Below are positions 1-8,981 of a DNA stretch of 64,000 bases, one piece after another. Where the stretch lies: assembly GCA_036677445.1 (NCBI GenBank), contig JAVBWI010000027.1, positions 115,376 through 179,375 on the forward strand, written 5' to 3'. How positions within the stretch are numbered: position 1 is the first letter of the stretch; each line of letters starts with the position of its first letter. The notes under the pieces were generated by a model. The model ran no database searches. It was not told the origin of the DNA and saw only the letters and a program-made list of their open reading frames with translations. This DNA comes from Clostridia bacterium (GTDB lineage Bacteria > Bacillota > Clostridia > Christensenellales > CAG-138). The position numbers were made by a program, and so were the translations under genes.

Positions 1-684
1 CCTGGCGATCTCGACAATATTGCGCTCGAACAGGCCCAGCGTGCTGGGGTTGGTGAGCATAAGCCCCGCGGTCTGATCGCTGAGCTTTTCGCGCAGGGCA
101 TCTAAATCCACCCCGCCGTCGGGCGCGGACTTGATTTCCACCGCCTTGAAGCCCGCAAGCGCGGCGGAAGCCGGGTTGGTGCCGTGCGCGGCGTCGGGTA
201 TGAGCATTTCGGTCCGGCCATACTCCTGCCGCATGTCGTGGTAGGCCTTGATGACCATCAGCCCCGCCAGCTCCCCGTGCGCGCCCGCCGCGGGCTGCAA
301 CGTGAATTTATCCATGCCGCAGATCTCGCACAGCGCGCGGTCCAGCTCCGCCATCAGCTTAAAAACGCCCAGCAGGTCGCTTTCCTCCAGCAGCGGATGC
401 AGATCGTTAAAGAGCGCGGGCAGCTCCTCGTTCACCTTGGGGTTATACTTCATGGTGCAGCTGCCCAGCGGGTAGCTTCCGTTATCCACGCCGTAATTGC
501 GGCGGGAAAGGCGGGTATAGTGGCGGATGAGCCCGACTTCGGAAAGCTCGGGCAGCGGCAGGGCAGCGCCCAAGAGTTCCTCCGGCAGCAGGCCGTCCAG
601 CTGCGGCACGTCAAGCAGCGGCAGGTCCGCCGCGCGGCGGCCGGGGTGGCTCTGTTCAAACAGCAGCGGCGCTGTACTTCTCAT
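1..684 (-). CDS. gcvPB: Glycine dehydrogenase (decarboxylating) subunit 2, 5' part; runs off the window start
   Basis: Not in the ORF track. Manual translation from the ATG at 684, which overlaps the gcvPA stop, gives MRSTAPLLFEQSHPGRRAADLP...RHYT-like...YPLGSCTMKYNPKVNE...QPAAGAHGE...AHGTNPASA...MLTNPSTLGLFE, typical of GcvPB. Confidence 0.93.
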   Translation of the reverse strand, partial: MRSTAPLLFEQSHPGRRAADLPLLDVPQLDGLLPEELLGAALPLPELSEVGLIRHYTRLSRRNYGVDNGSYPLGSCTMKYNPKVNEELPALFNDLHPLLEESDLLGVFKLMAELDRALCEICGMDKFTLQPAAGAHGELAGLMVIKAYHDMRQEYGRTEMLIPDAAHGTNPASAALAGFKAVEIKSAPDGGVDLDALREKLSDQTAGLMLTNPSTLGLFERNIVEIAR

Positions 685-2018
685 TTTGCGCTCACCTCCA
701 ATGCATTCAGGAACGCGTCGATCTCTTCGCGCGTGTTCATTTCCGTGGCGCAATAAAGAATTCCACGGTCGCCGGGGAAATACCGGTTGAGCCGCAGTCC
801 GCCGATAAAGCCGCGGTCCCGGAGCTTGGCGTTGAGTACCGCGGGCTCCTTCGCGGAATCTATCACGAACTCGTGGAAGAAGGGGGTATCCATATAGCGC
901 CCGCGCATGCCGGGAACGGCGAGTATGCCGTCGCGGAGGTAATGCGCCTTTTGCAGGCAAAGCGACGCGACCTCTTTGAGGCCCTGCGGGCCCATCGCCG
1001 CAAGGTATACCGCGGCGCTCATGGCACACAGGCTCTGGTTGGAGCAGATGTTGGAGGACGCTTTTTCGCGCCGGATATGCTGTTCGCGCGCCTGCAGCGT
1101 CAGCACGAACGCGCGGTTGCCCTCGTTATCCGCCGTTTCACCCACGATCCTTCCGGGCAGGTTGCGGATATACTGCTGCTTTGCCGTCATAAACCCGAGA
1201 TACGGGCCGCCCGCGCAAAGCGGCATGCCCAGCGGCTGGCCCTCGCCCACGCAGATATCCGCGCCGCAATCGCCGGGGCGCTTCAACAGCCCTAGCGAAA
1301 TGGGGTTGGCCACCGCAACCAGGAGCGCCTTGTGCGCGTGCAGCAGCTCCGCCGCGGGGGTAAAAGCTTCGACGCAGCCGAAGAAGTTGGGGCTTTGCAA
1401 AAGCGCGCCCGCGGCGCCTTCCATATTTGCCTCCAGCGCGGACAGATCCGTGAGCCCCTCGCTAGTAAGCGGTATTTCGACGAGCTCAAAGCCCGCAAAG
1501 CGCGCATAGGTTTTGAGCGTGCCGACATACTGCGGGTTGAGGCCCGCGGAATAGAGCACCTTACTTTTGCGCGTCGCACCGCGCAGCATCACCATGGCTT
1601 CGGCGCAGGCCGTGCCGCCGTCGTATACGGAGGCGTTGGAAACGTCCAGCCCGGTCAGCTCGCAAAGAAGCGTCTGGTATTCGAATATGCTCTGCAGCAT
1701 GCCCTGGCTCATTTCCGCCTGATACGGGGTATAGGCGGTGTAGAACTCCGCGCGGGAAGTAATTGCGTTCACCACCGCGGGGATGTAATGGCGGTACGCG
1801 CCCGCGCCGCGAAAGAGCGGCAGTTCCCCCGCGCCGCCCGCAAGCGCCTTGAATATGCCGCGCACCTCCTGCTCGCTTTTCCCTGCGGGCAGATTAAGCG
1901 GGCGGTTGAGCTCCGCCTCCGCCGGGATATCCGCAAACAGGTCTTCCATGCGCTCTAAGCCGATGGCCGCAAGCATTTGCCGCCGCTCCTCCGGCGTGTT
2001 GGGTACATAGCTTCGCAT
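681..2018 (-). CDS. gcvPA: Glycine dehydrogenase (decarboxylating) subunit 1
   Basis: Motifs YTAYTPYQAEMSQG, GGPYLG and TLQAREQHIRREKASSNICSNQ; operon context. Confidence 0.96.
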   Translation of the reverse strand: MRSYVPNTPEERRQMLAAIGLERMEDLFADIPAEAELNRPLNLPAGKSEQEVRGIFKALAGGAGELPLFRGAGAYRHYIPAVVNAITSRAEFYTAYTPYQAEMSQGMLQSIFEYQTLLCELTGLDVSNASVYDGGTACAEAMVMLRGATRKSKVLYSAGLNPQYVGTLKTYARFAGFELVEIPLTSEGLTDLSALEANMEGAAGALLQSPNFFGCVEAFTPAAELLHAHKALLVAVANPISLGLLKRPGDCGADICVGEGQPLGMPLCAGGPYLGFMTAKQQYIRNLPGRIVGETADNEGNRAFVLTLQAREQHIRREKASSNICSNQSLCAMSAAVYLAAMGPQGLKEVASLCLQKAHYLRDGILAVPGMRGRYMDTPFFHEFVIDSAKEPAVLNAKLRDRGFIGGLRLNRYFPGDRGILYCATEMNTREEIDAFLNALEVSAK

Positions 2019-2029
2019 GCGCCCTCCTT

Positions 2030-2407
2030 TCAGCCCTGTTCGGCAATAAAGGCGTCGTAGGCCGCCGCATCCATCAGCGCGGCTTCGTCAATTTCATTCA
2101 CTTTAAATATGGCGATGTAATGTTCATAGGGCGCTTCGTTTAGAAGCTCCGGATTTGCGTCCAGCGCTTCGTTGACGGCAACAACCTCGCCGCCCACCGG
2201 CGTATAGACGTTGGAGACCGCCTTGACGGACTCGACCACCGCGAAACTGTCGCCCGCAGCAAAGCTGTCGCCTGCGGCGGGCAGTTCGGCGTACACAATG
2301 TCGCCCAGCGCCTCCTGCGCGTGCGCGGTAATGCCCACGCTGGCGTTTTCGCCCTCGAACAGCACCCATTCATGCTCACTGGTATATTTGCGGTCGTTGG
2401 GGGTCAT
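2030..2407 (-). CDS. gcvH: Glycine cleavage system H protein
   Basis: KYTSEHEWV, GITAHAQEALGDIVY and the lipoyl-Lys motif VESVKAVS; AAGGAGG 8 nt upstream of ATG 2407. Confidence 0.96.
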   Translation of the reverse strand: MTPNDRKYTSEHEWVLFEGENASVGITAHAQEALGDIVYAELPAAGDSFAAGDSFAVVESVKAVSNVYTPVGGEVVAVNEALDANPELLNEAPYEHYIAIFKVNEIDEAALMDAAAYDAFIAEQG

Positions 2408-2467
2408 AGACAATTCCTCCTTACATAATCATACTTTGCGCAATGAATCTGTTGATGTGGGTCCGCT

Positions 2468-3553
2468 TTACCTGCTTCGTTTATAGAACGGCATGGGAAC
2501 GACCTGCGCGCGAAGCGCGCGGGCGCGCACCATGATTTCCAGCTCCGGGGCATTTGCGGCTTCCTCCGTGACCAACGCCATGGCGTAATTGCCGCCGAGT
2601 GTCGGCGCGGGGGAGCCGGACGTGGTATGCCCGACAAGCACGCCGTTTTGCATGACCTCCATATGCTCCCGCGCGATGCCGCGGTCCAGGAGTTTTAAGC
2701 CTACGCGCCTGCGTTTCGGCGGTGCGAGCAGCGCGTCCCTGCCGATAAAGCTTTCTTTATTAAGCTTGACGGCAAACGCAAGCCCTGCTTCGAGCGGTGA
2801 AATTTCTTTTGTAAGCTCATGGCCGTAGAGTGGCATGCACGCTTCAAAGCGCAGCGTGTCGCGCGCGCCAAGGCCGCAGGGCAAAATGTCAAACGCCTTC
2901 CCGGCTTCCATCAGCGCCGCGTGCAGCGCGGGGCCGTTTGGTGATTCGCAGTAGATCTCAAATCCATCCTCGCCGGTATAGCCCGTGCGCGACACCACTG
3001 CGGGAATGCCCGCCACATTGATCCTGGATACAAAGGTATAGTTCTTCTCGGGCAGCGCCGTATCGCACAGGGGGGCAAGCAGCTGCTCCGCTTTCGGCCC
3101 CTGCAGCGCAAGCTGCGCCCAGGCGGCGGATTCGTTTTTGAGCACCGCGTCATACCCCGCGGCCTGCGCCTGCATCCATGCGAAATCCTTATCGGTATTG
3201 GACGCATTGACCACCACGAGATATTTTTCTTCGGTAAACTTGTAGACGAGTACGTCATCCACCGTGCCGCCGTCGGGATAGCACATGACGGAATACCGGC
3301 AGCGGCCGACCTGCATGGAAGCGATGTCATTGGTCAGGATGTTCTGCAAATAAGGAAGCGCCCCCGGCCCTTTTACGAACACCTCGCCCATATGGGATAC
3401 GTCGAACAACCCGCAGCGTTCGCGCACGGCCTTGTGCTCCTCCAATATAGAGGAATACTGCACCGGCAGCGCCCAGCCGCCAAAGTCCACCATTTTGCCG
3501 CAGAGCGTCAGATGCGTTTGGTAAAGCGGCGTTTTTTTCAATCCATCCTCCAT
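2468..3553 (-). CDS. gcvT: Glycine cleavage system aminomethyltransferase T
   Basis: GLFDVSHMGE, SRTGYTGEDGFE, GLGARDTLRFEA. Confidence 0.97.
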   Translation of the reverse strand: MEDGLKKTPLYQTHLTLCGKMVDFGGWALPVQYSSILEEHKAVRERCGLFDVSHMGEVFVKGPGALPYLQNILTNDIASMQVGRCRYSVMCYPDGGTVDDVLVYKFTEEKYLVVVNASNTDKDFAWMQAQAAGYDAVLKNESAAWAQLALQGPKAEQLLAPLCDTALPEKNYTFVSRINVAGIPAVVSRTGYTGEDGFEIYCESPNGPALHAALMEAGKAFDILPCGLGARDTLRFEACMPLYGHELTKEISPLEAGLAFAVKLNKESFIGRDALLAPPKRRRVGLKLLDRGIAREHMEVMQNGVLVGHTTSGSPAPTLGGNYAMALVTEEAANAPELEIMVRARALRAQVVPMPFYKRSR

Positions 3554-3627
3554 AGTGTGAACCTCCTGTTTTAGTATGTGTCACCCGAACGCCATATCCT
3601 GCTTGGCTCTCCCTTTGCCAAAAAGCA

Positions 3628-3660
3628 CAATAAAAGGCGCGCTAAACACATAGCGCGCCT
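3628..3660 (-). terminator. Intrinsic terminator forming the glycine riboswitch expression platform
   Basis: Stem AGGCGCGCTA/TAGCGCGCCT followed by a T-rich tract on the minus strand, overlapping the 3' end of aptamer 2. Confidence 0.8.
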
Positions 3661-3988
3661 CCGTCCTTGCGCCTGAGAGATTCCCCTTCTAAGTAACCTC
3701 TGATTAATTCGGAACGTTGTCTTGACGGCTGGTTTCATGTCCTGCTGCGTTAAGCTAAAATCTTGAAATAGCGCCGCTATTCCTTCGATTTTGCTCCTTG
3801 CAGGCCCAGATACCATCTCGTCAACCCATCATCCCTCATTTCATCAGTGCTTACCAAAAAGGGTTGCCCCGTCGGCGCCATAATCAAATGGCTTTCCGGA
3901 GTTTTGTCAGAGCACGGTTCTTTTGCCTGAGAGTTTTTGCTTTTCCCCTTCGGCGCCGCGTACGCGGTCTCTCCCGAGCCCGTCATCC
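3659..3988 (-). ncRNA. Tandem glycine riboswitch; aptamer 2 carries a large insertion
   Basis: The minus strand reads GGAGAG..CGCCGAAGGGGAA..AACTCTCAGGCAAAAG (aptamer 1), then CCGGAAAG..CGCCGACGGGGCAA..[long hairpin]..AATCTCTCAGGCGCAAGGACGGAG (aptamer 2). It lies directly upstream of gcvT. Confidence 0.92.
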
Positions 3989-4009
3989 AAACATATTCTG
4001 TTTTTACCG

Positions 4010-4081
4010 TCTTGTATACTTTATTCTTTTTTGAAATTATCTTGTATACTTTTAGTATAACAATCTCAAATATAATTGCAA
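4010..4081 (-). promoter_or_regulatory. sigmaA-type promoter of the gcv operon with two direct-repeat operator-like sites
   Basis: TTGCAA (4081-4076), 16 nt, TG-n-TATACT (4059-4054). TCTTGTATACTTT occurs at 4010-4022 and 4040-4052. Confidence 0.6.
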
Positions 4082-4229
4082 GCATAAGGTGGTAAGCTGC
4101 CTAAGGAATTACATCGCCCCTATGCAGCGCCGCCTACAGCGTCCGAATAATCAGGATACAGGTGACAAACAAATGGTTGGATATATGAAACGGATACTCA
4201 ACGGCGGTGACATTTGTCCATATGCTTCA

Positions 4230-4286
4230 TTGACATTGCCGCTGCGCAGGCTGTATAATTTAAACAAAGTGTCTGGAAACGTTTCC
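4230..4286 (+). promoter_or_regulatory. sigmaA promoter plus LacI-family operator upstream of malQ
   Basis: TTGACA (4230), 18 nt, TATAAT (4254); perfect palindrome GGAAACGTTTCC at 4275-4286. Confidence 0.7.
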
Positions 4287-4573
4287 GGCCGCCTGTGCGC
4301 GGCAAACCAGTTCATCAGCGGTTATCCAAAGACGCACGCCGCCTGATGGTTTGCTCGCCGGACGCCGGTATTCGCATGCCGATTTTGCCAATGCCGGGCT
4401 TATGTTCAGGCTGCTTAAACCCTTGGCATGGCTTGACTGCCCCATGAACGTTGCCCTATGCGCCGCCCCGTACCGCCCGGGTACAGGGCGGCGCAGCCCG
4501 TTTTGGGAAAACCAAACGTTTACGCGCCGCCCGCAATGTGCTATGCTCAACACATGACCTCAAGGAGGACGCC

Positions 4574-6052
4574 ATGCGTAAGAGCGGTATCTTACTGCAT
4601 ATCACTTCGCTCCCTTCCCCCCACGGCATCGGTACGATGGGGCGCGAAGCATTCGCTTTTGCGGAGTTTCTGCATGCGGCGCGCCAGCGTTATTGGCAGA
4701 TGCTTCCCTTAGGCCCTACCGGCTTTGGAGATTCGCCTTACCAATCCTTTTCCTCGTTTGCCGGCAACCCGTACCTGATCGACCTTACGCTGTTGACCGA
4801 GGACGGCCTGCTGAGCCCCGGCGAAGCGGATGCGGCCGATTGGGGCAACGACGCACGCCGGGTGGATTATAACGCAATATTCCGGCATCGGTATGCCCTG
4901 CTGCGCAGGGCATACCGCCGCGGCTATGCACGCGACGCCGCGCAGGTAGACGCGTTTATGCGGGAAAACGCGCACTGGCTGCCGGATTATGCGCTGTTTA
5001 TGGCGCTCAAGGCACACTTTTCCATGCGCGCATGGATGGAATGGGAGGACGCGGATATCCGCCTGCGCAAGCCGGAGGCGCTTGTCCGCTACCGGGAACT
5101 GCTTTTTGACGACATCCAATTCCACGCCTATGTACAGTACCTGTTCTTCTCGCAATGGGCCGCGCTCAAAGCGTACTGCGGGGCGCTTAATATATCGCTC
5201 ATAGGCGACCTGCCTATTTATGTGGCGCTCGACTCGGCGGACGTTTGGGCGCGGCCGGAAAACTACCTGCTGGATGAAGCGCGCCGCCCCGCGTACGTGG
5301 CGGGCGTACCGCCGGATTATTTTTCCGCCACGGGCCAGCTTTGGGGCAACCCCATTTACGACTGGGCGCACATGCGGGAGGACGGCTATGCCTGGTGGAT
5401 GCGGCGCATAGAGGCCTCGGCAGGGCTGTTCGACGTGCTGCGCATCGACCATTTCAGGGGCCTGGAAAGCTATTGGCGCGTACCCTACGGGAACGAGACC
5501 GCGCAAAACGGCGAATGGGTAAGAGGCCCCGGGCCGGGCTTTGTGCAGACGCTTAAGGGAAACTTCCCCAATCTTCCCATCATCGCGGAGGATCTGGGTT
5601 TTTTGACGGAGGATGTGCATGCGCTGTTGAAAAGCGCGGGATACCCCGGCATGCGGGTGTTGCAGTTTGCGTTTGACTCCCGGGAGGAAAGCCGTTATCT
5701 CCCCCATACCTATGAACCGCATTGCGTTTGTTACACTGGTACGCACGACAACAACACCGCCGCAGGCTGGATGCACGATGGCGACCCGGAGGCGGTGGGC
5801 TATGCGGACGAGTATCTGGGGCTCAACGCGCAGGAAGGGCTGCATTGGGGTATCATCCGCGGCGGCATGAGCTCCGTGGCGGAACTGTTCATCGCACAGA
5901 TGCAGGATTACCTGGGGCTTGGCGCACAGGCGCGCATGAATACGCCGAGTACGCTGGGCGGCAACTGGCAGTGGCGGATGCTGCCCGGCGAGGCGGACGC
6001 GGCGCTCTCGGAAAAGATCGCAAGGTATACAAAAATGTACGGACGGGGGTAA
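4574..6052 (+). CDS. malQ: 4-alpha-glucanotransferase (amylomaltase, GH77)
   Basis: RKSGILLHITSLP, DSPYQSFSSFAGNP, GVPPDYFSATGQLWGNP, RIDHFRG, AEDLG, YTGTHDN; RBS AAGGAGG before ATG 4574. Confidence 0.96.
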   Translation: MRKSGILLHITSLPSPHGIGTMGREAFAFAEFLHAARQRYWQMLPLGPTGFGDSPYQSFSSFAGNPYLIDLTLLTEDGLLSPGEADAADWGNDARRVDYNAIFRHRYALLRRAYRRGYARDAAQVDAFMRENAHWLPDYALFMALKAHFSMRAWMEWEDADIRLRKPEALVRYRELLFDDIQFHAYVQYLFFSQWAALKAYCGALNISLIGDLPIYVALDSADVWARPENYLLDEARRPAYVAGVPPDYFSATGQLWGNPIYDWAHMREDGYAWWMRRIEASAGLFDVLRIDHFRGLESYWRVPYGNETAQNGEWVRGPGPGFVQTLKGNFPNLPIIAEDLGFLTEDVHALLKSAGYPGMRVLQFAFDSREESRYLPHTYEPHCVCYTGTHDNNTAAGWMHDGDPEAVGYADEYLGLNAQEGLHWGIIRGGMSSVAELFIAQMQDYLGLGAQARMNTPSTLGGNWQWRMLPGEADAALSEKIARYTKMYGRG

Positions 6053-6151
6053 GACGGGGGAACAGGTAGAAGCCTTAAGAACCGTATCCGTTTCGATCAC
6101 GCGCATTGCGCGATCGTATTTTTATGCATTTTTTCATAAAGGGGCTAACGC

Positions 6152-6703
6152 ATGAGATCAGTCTATATTCTACTGACCCGGACCAACACGCTCTTTGCAC
6201 GGGCTATCCACCGAATCACAGGCGATTCCTACACGCATGCAGCTTTGGGAATGGACCGCAGCCTGCATAAATTATACAGTTTTGGAAGGCGGTATTCTTA
6301 CCTTATGCTGCCCGGCGGATTGATCACGGAGAATATCCATGCCGGCGTGTACGGGCGCAACGGGCAGGCGCCCGCCGTTTTATGCGAAATACGGGTTTCG
6401 GACGCCGTATACGGTAAAATTGAAAAAACCATAGGCGATATGATGCGCAACAGCAGAAAGTACCACTACAGCATCATCGGCGCCTGGGCCTGCTATTTCA
6501 ATATTCCCTGTCGCCGCAGCCGTCACTTTTTTTGCTCCCAGTTTGTTGCGGAGGTGATCCGGCAAAGCGGCGCGCTGCAGCTGCCAAAGGATCCTTCCCT
6601 GATGATGCCGGACGACTTTCTGCGTTTGCCCGATGTGGAAACCGTATACTCCGGCGCATTGGGAGCGATACGCGCTCCCGGCGTAAAACAGGCAGTTTCA
6701 TAA
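6152..6703 (+). CDS. Permuted papain-like amidase (YaeF/YiiX/NlpC-P60 superfamily)-like protein
   Basis: N-terminal YTHAAL His motif and C-terminal FFCSQFVA Cys motif followed by ..PDDF, matching the permuted catalytic order. Confidence 0.65.
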   Translation: MRSVYILLTRTNTLFARAIHRITGDSYTHAALGMDRSLHKLYSFGRRYSYLMLPGGLITENIHAGVYGRNGQAPAVLCEIRVSDAVYGKIEKTIGDMMRNSRKYHYSIIGAWACYFNIPCRRSRHFFCSQFVAEVIRQSGALQLPKDPSLMMPDDFLRLPDVETVYSGALGAIRAPGVKQAVS

Positions 6704-6704
6704 T

Positions 6705-6750
6705 AAAAAATCCGCCGGCAAAGCCCTTGGGACTTTGCCGGCGGTACTTT
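6705..6750. terminator. Bidirectional intrinsic terminator
   Basis: Stem CCGCCGGCAAAG/CTTTGCCGGCGG between convergent genes, with flanking A and T tracts. Confidence 0.8.
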
Positions 6751-6771
6751 CATTTTGGGAGAACAGCGCAA

Positions 6772-7320
6772 TTACGGAGTGGTCCCTGCTCCTCCGTTCG
6801 TACCCGCGGTACCACCGGTGCCGCCGACGTCGCTTGTACCGTTCGTGCCGTTCGTGCCGTTTGTACCGCCGGCGCCGCCCGTATTACCCGTACCGTTCGT
6901 TTCACCATTGGTTATGAACGTACCGTCGGGCGCGATGTAGGCCGTTTCGGTCTGGCCATCCTGCGTGGTATATTCCACTATATAGACCTGCTGCGTCCCC
7001 TGCAAACCGTGCGTGATGCGGCCGATACTGGCACCTTCATACCTTTCCTGCAACGCGGATTTGATATCCGGCACGTCGCTTTCCGTAACTTCCGTACCCT
7101 CGGCAAAATCCGGGATGGTTAAACCGGGGCCGCCCGGGATAGACGTGTTTCCGCCCGTGCCGTTTCCGCCTATGTCATCCGTGAGCGCCGGGGACGTTCC
7201 AAGCGGGGTTTGCGCGGGCAGCGGATTGGCCGTGGGTGTGGGCGTAGGCGTTGTGGTGCATCCTCCAAGGATCGCCGCAAGCAGCAGCAGCGCCATACCC
7301 ATGCTTAATGTGCGTTTCAT
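6772..7320 (-). CDS. Small Thr/Gly/Asn-rich lipoprotein with a PepSY-like central domain; possibly forespore-expressed
   Basis: Lipobox LGGC after a hydrophobic signal; GTNGTN repeats; RBS AAAGGAGG; sigmaG/F-like promoter upstream. Confidence 0.7.
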   Translation of the reverse strand: MKRTLSMGMALLLLAAILGGCTTTPTPTPTANPLPAQTPLGTSPALTDDIGGNGTGGNTSIPGGPGLTIPDFAEGTEVTESDVPDIKSALQERYEGASIGRITHGLQGTQQVYIVEYTTQDGQTETAYIAPDGTFITNGETNGTGNTGGAGGTNGTNGTNGTSDVGGTGGTAGTNGGAGTTP

Positions 7321-7390
7321 GTTTGTTCCTCCTTTAGCATTTGGCGCGCGGGATTACCCGCGCCGCGGGTTTTCCCGCCATCTTCGGGCA

Positions 7391-7419
7391 TAGTATGCCC
7401 ATGTTGACAAAATGTAAAC
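7391..7419 (-). promoter_or_regulatory. Forespore sigmaG/sigmaF-like promoter
   Basis: Minus strand GTTTA, 17 nt, CATACTA (within GGGCATACTA). Confidence 0.5.
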
Positions 7420-7433
7420 TTTTTTGCGCCGCC

Positions 7434-7462
7434 TGCAACCACGGCGCGCAATGCTGCGTATA
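7434..7462 (+). promoter_or_regulatory. ECF sigma (SigV/SigW-type) promoter upstream of the serpin
   Basis: TGCAAC (7434), 17 nt, CGTATA (7457). Confidence 0.55.
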
Positions 7463-7508
7463 TGGGATGTACGACCACAGGAGAATGAAAAGACGGAAGG
7501 TGCTTAAC

Positions 7509-8828
7509 ATGAAATCAACCAAACGCTTGGCAATATTTACGCTTTGCGCGGTTTTGCTTGTATCGTTTGCGGGGTGCGCCGTGCAGCAGCCCGCCCCCGC
7601 GCAGACCGGGGAACCCGCCGCGCCCGCCTTAGCGCAAACGCTTCGCCTGCCCGCGCTGCAGGAAGCGAAGCCGCTGTCCGCGCCCAGTTACGATACGGCG
7701 GAGCAATCCCCCGCCGCAGGCTACGGCGCCAACGAATTTTCCTTCGCGCTCGCCGCCGCGCTCTCAAAAAAAGGCGAGAACATGATCGTTTCGCCGTTTT
7801 CCGTATGGATGACGCTTGCGGCGCTCGCCAACGCAACCGGTACGGACGCATTGCCCGCGCTGCTGCAATCGCTGGGCGTGGAGGATCTTACCGTACAAGA
7901 GATCAACGACTCCGTATCCCGCATGCTCTATGAGCTGACCGGCAACGAGGGCGCGGATACGCACAACCCGCTTGCCATCGCCAATGCGGTGTTTGTGGAC
8001 AACGAGGTCACGCTGAAAAAGGCGTTTGCGCAAAGCTTCCTTGATTATTACCGCGGCGCCGCCATGAACGTGGATTTTAAAGACCCCGCCGCCATCGACG
8101 CCATCAACGGCTGGGCCAGCGAACACACCGGCGGCCTGATTAAGGATATCGTAAAGGAAATTCCGGATGAAACGGTCGTGGCGCTTGCCAACGCCATCTA
8201 TTTTTCCGACCGGTGGGCGTGGGAGTTCGACGAGGAAGAGACCGAGGAAATGACGTTCCACGGCGCAAAGAACGACGTGACGGCTCCCTTCATGCTGCGC
8301 GAAGGCGACGCGCTCTCTTACTATGAGGACAACGCGCTGCAGGGCATCAACCTGAACTTTAAAACCGGCGGCGGCCTGTATATCCTGCTGCCCAGGGACG
8401 GCGACGCGGACGCGCTTTTACAGGGTATGACCGCGGAACGCTTTGCCGAGATTGTAAAAGACACCCGCCCCGCCACCGGCAAACTGCTGCTGCCGCGGTT
8501 TGAATTGCTTTCGGATTTTAAGCTCAACGACGCGCTCAAGCAGCTGGGCGTACCGCTCTTGGACCCCGATACGGCGCCCGTATCCGGCCTTGTGGAAGAA
8601 ACGGATACCTACATTGCGGCCAGCCTGCACCAGGCGATGATTTCCGTGGATGAAAAAGGAACCACCGCCGCCGCCGTTACGGTGGAAATGATGGCCGGTA
8701 CCTCCCTGCCCATGCCCACCGAGCCGTTCTCCATGGTATGCGACCGCCCCTTCGTGTTTGTGCTGCACAGGTGGACGGCCGACGCGGGCGAACAGGTGCT
8801 TTTTACCGGCGTGGTCAACCAGCTTTAA
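7509..8828 (+). CDS. Serpin-family lipoprotein (serine protease inhibitor)
   Basis: Lipobox FAGC; serpin motifs ENMIVSPFS, INGWASEHTGGLI, LANAIYF, hinge DEKGTTAAAVT and DRPFVF. Confidence 0.92.
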   Translation: MKSTKRLAIFTLCAVLLVSFAGCAVQQPAPAQTGEPAAPALAQTLRLPALQEAKPLSAPSYDTAEQSPAAGYGANEFSFALAAALSKKGENMIVSPFSVWMTLAALANATGTDALPALLQSLGVEDLTVQEINDSVSRMLYELTGNEGADTHNPLAIANAVFVDNEVTLKKAFAQSFLDYYRGAAMNVDFKDPAAIDAINGWASEHTGGLIKDIVKEIPDETVVALANAIYFSDRWAWEFDEEETEEMTFHGAKNDVTAPFMLREGDALSYYEDNALQGINLNFKTGGGLYILLPRDGDADALLQGMTAERFAEIVKDTRPATGKLLLPRFELLSDFKLNDALKQLGVPLLDPDTAPVSGLVEETDTYIAASLHQAMISVDEKGTTAAAVTVEMMAGTSLPMPTEPFSMVCDRPFVFVLHRWTADAGEQVLFTGVVNQL

Positions 8829-8981
8829 GTATGATACACCAGTGATTTCCTGCCAATATACCCCGCGCAAGATTGCAATGCGGCGCATATCCTGTTATGA
8901 TTAAAATACGTATGTGATACGTACATAACGGATGGAAGGGGGCGCGCCGGGCGCAAAAGCCCCGCGCGGCAGGCGGAAGTT

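Noticed and set aside
3820-3850. Hammerhead ribozyme suggested by CTGATGA on the minus strand of the riboswitch insert
   Set aside because: CTGAT pairs with ATCAG in the long stem, and I could not build the stem II/GAAA three-way junction.
6785-6910. Short tandem repeats (CCGTTCGTG-like) as a CRISPR array or VNTR
   Set aside because: They encode the GTN/GGT low-complexity tail of the lipoprotein; there is no repeat-spacer structure and no cas gene in the window.
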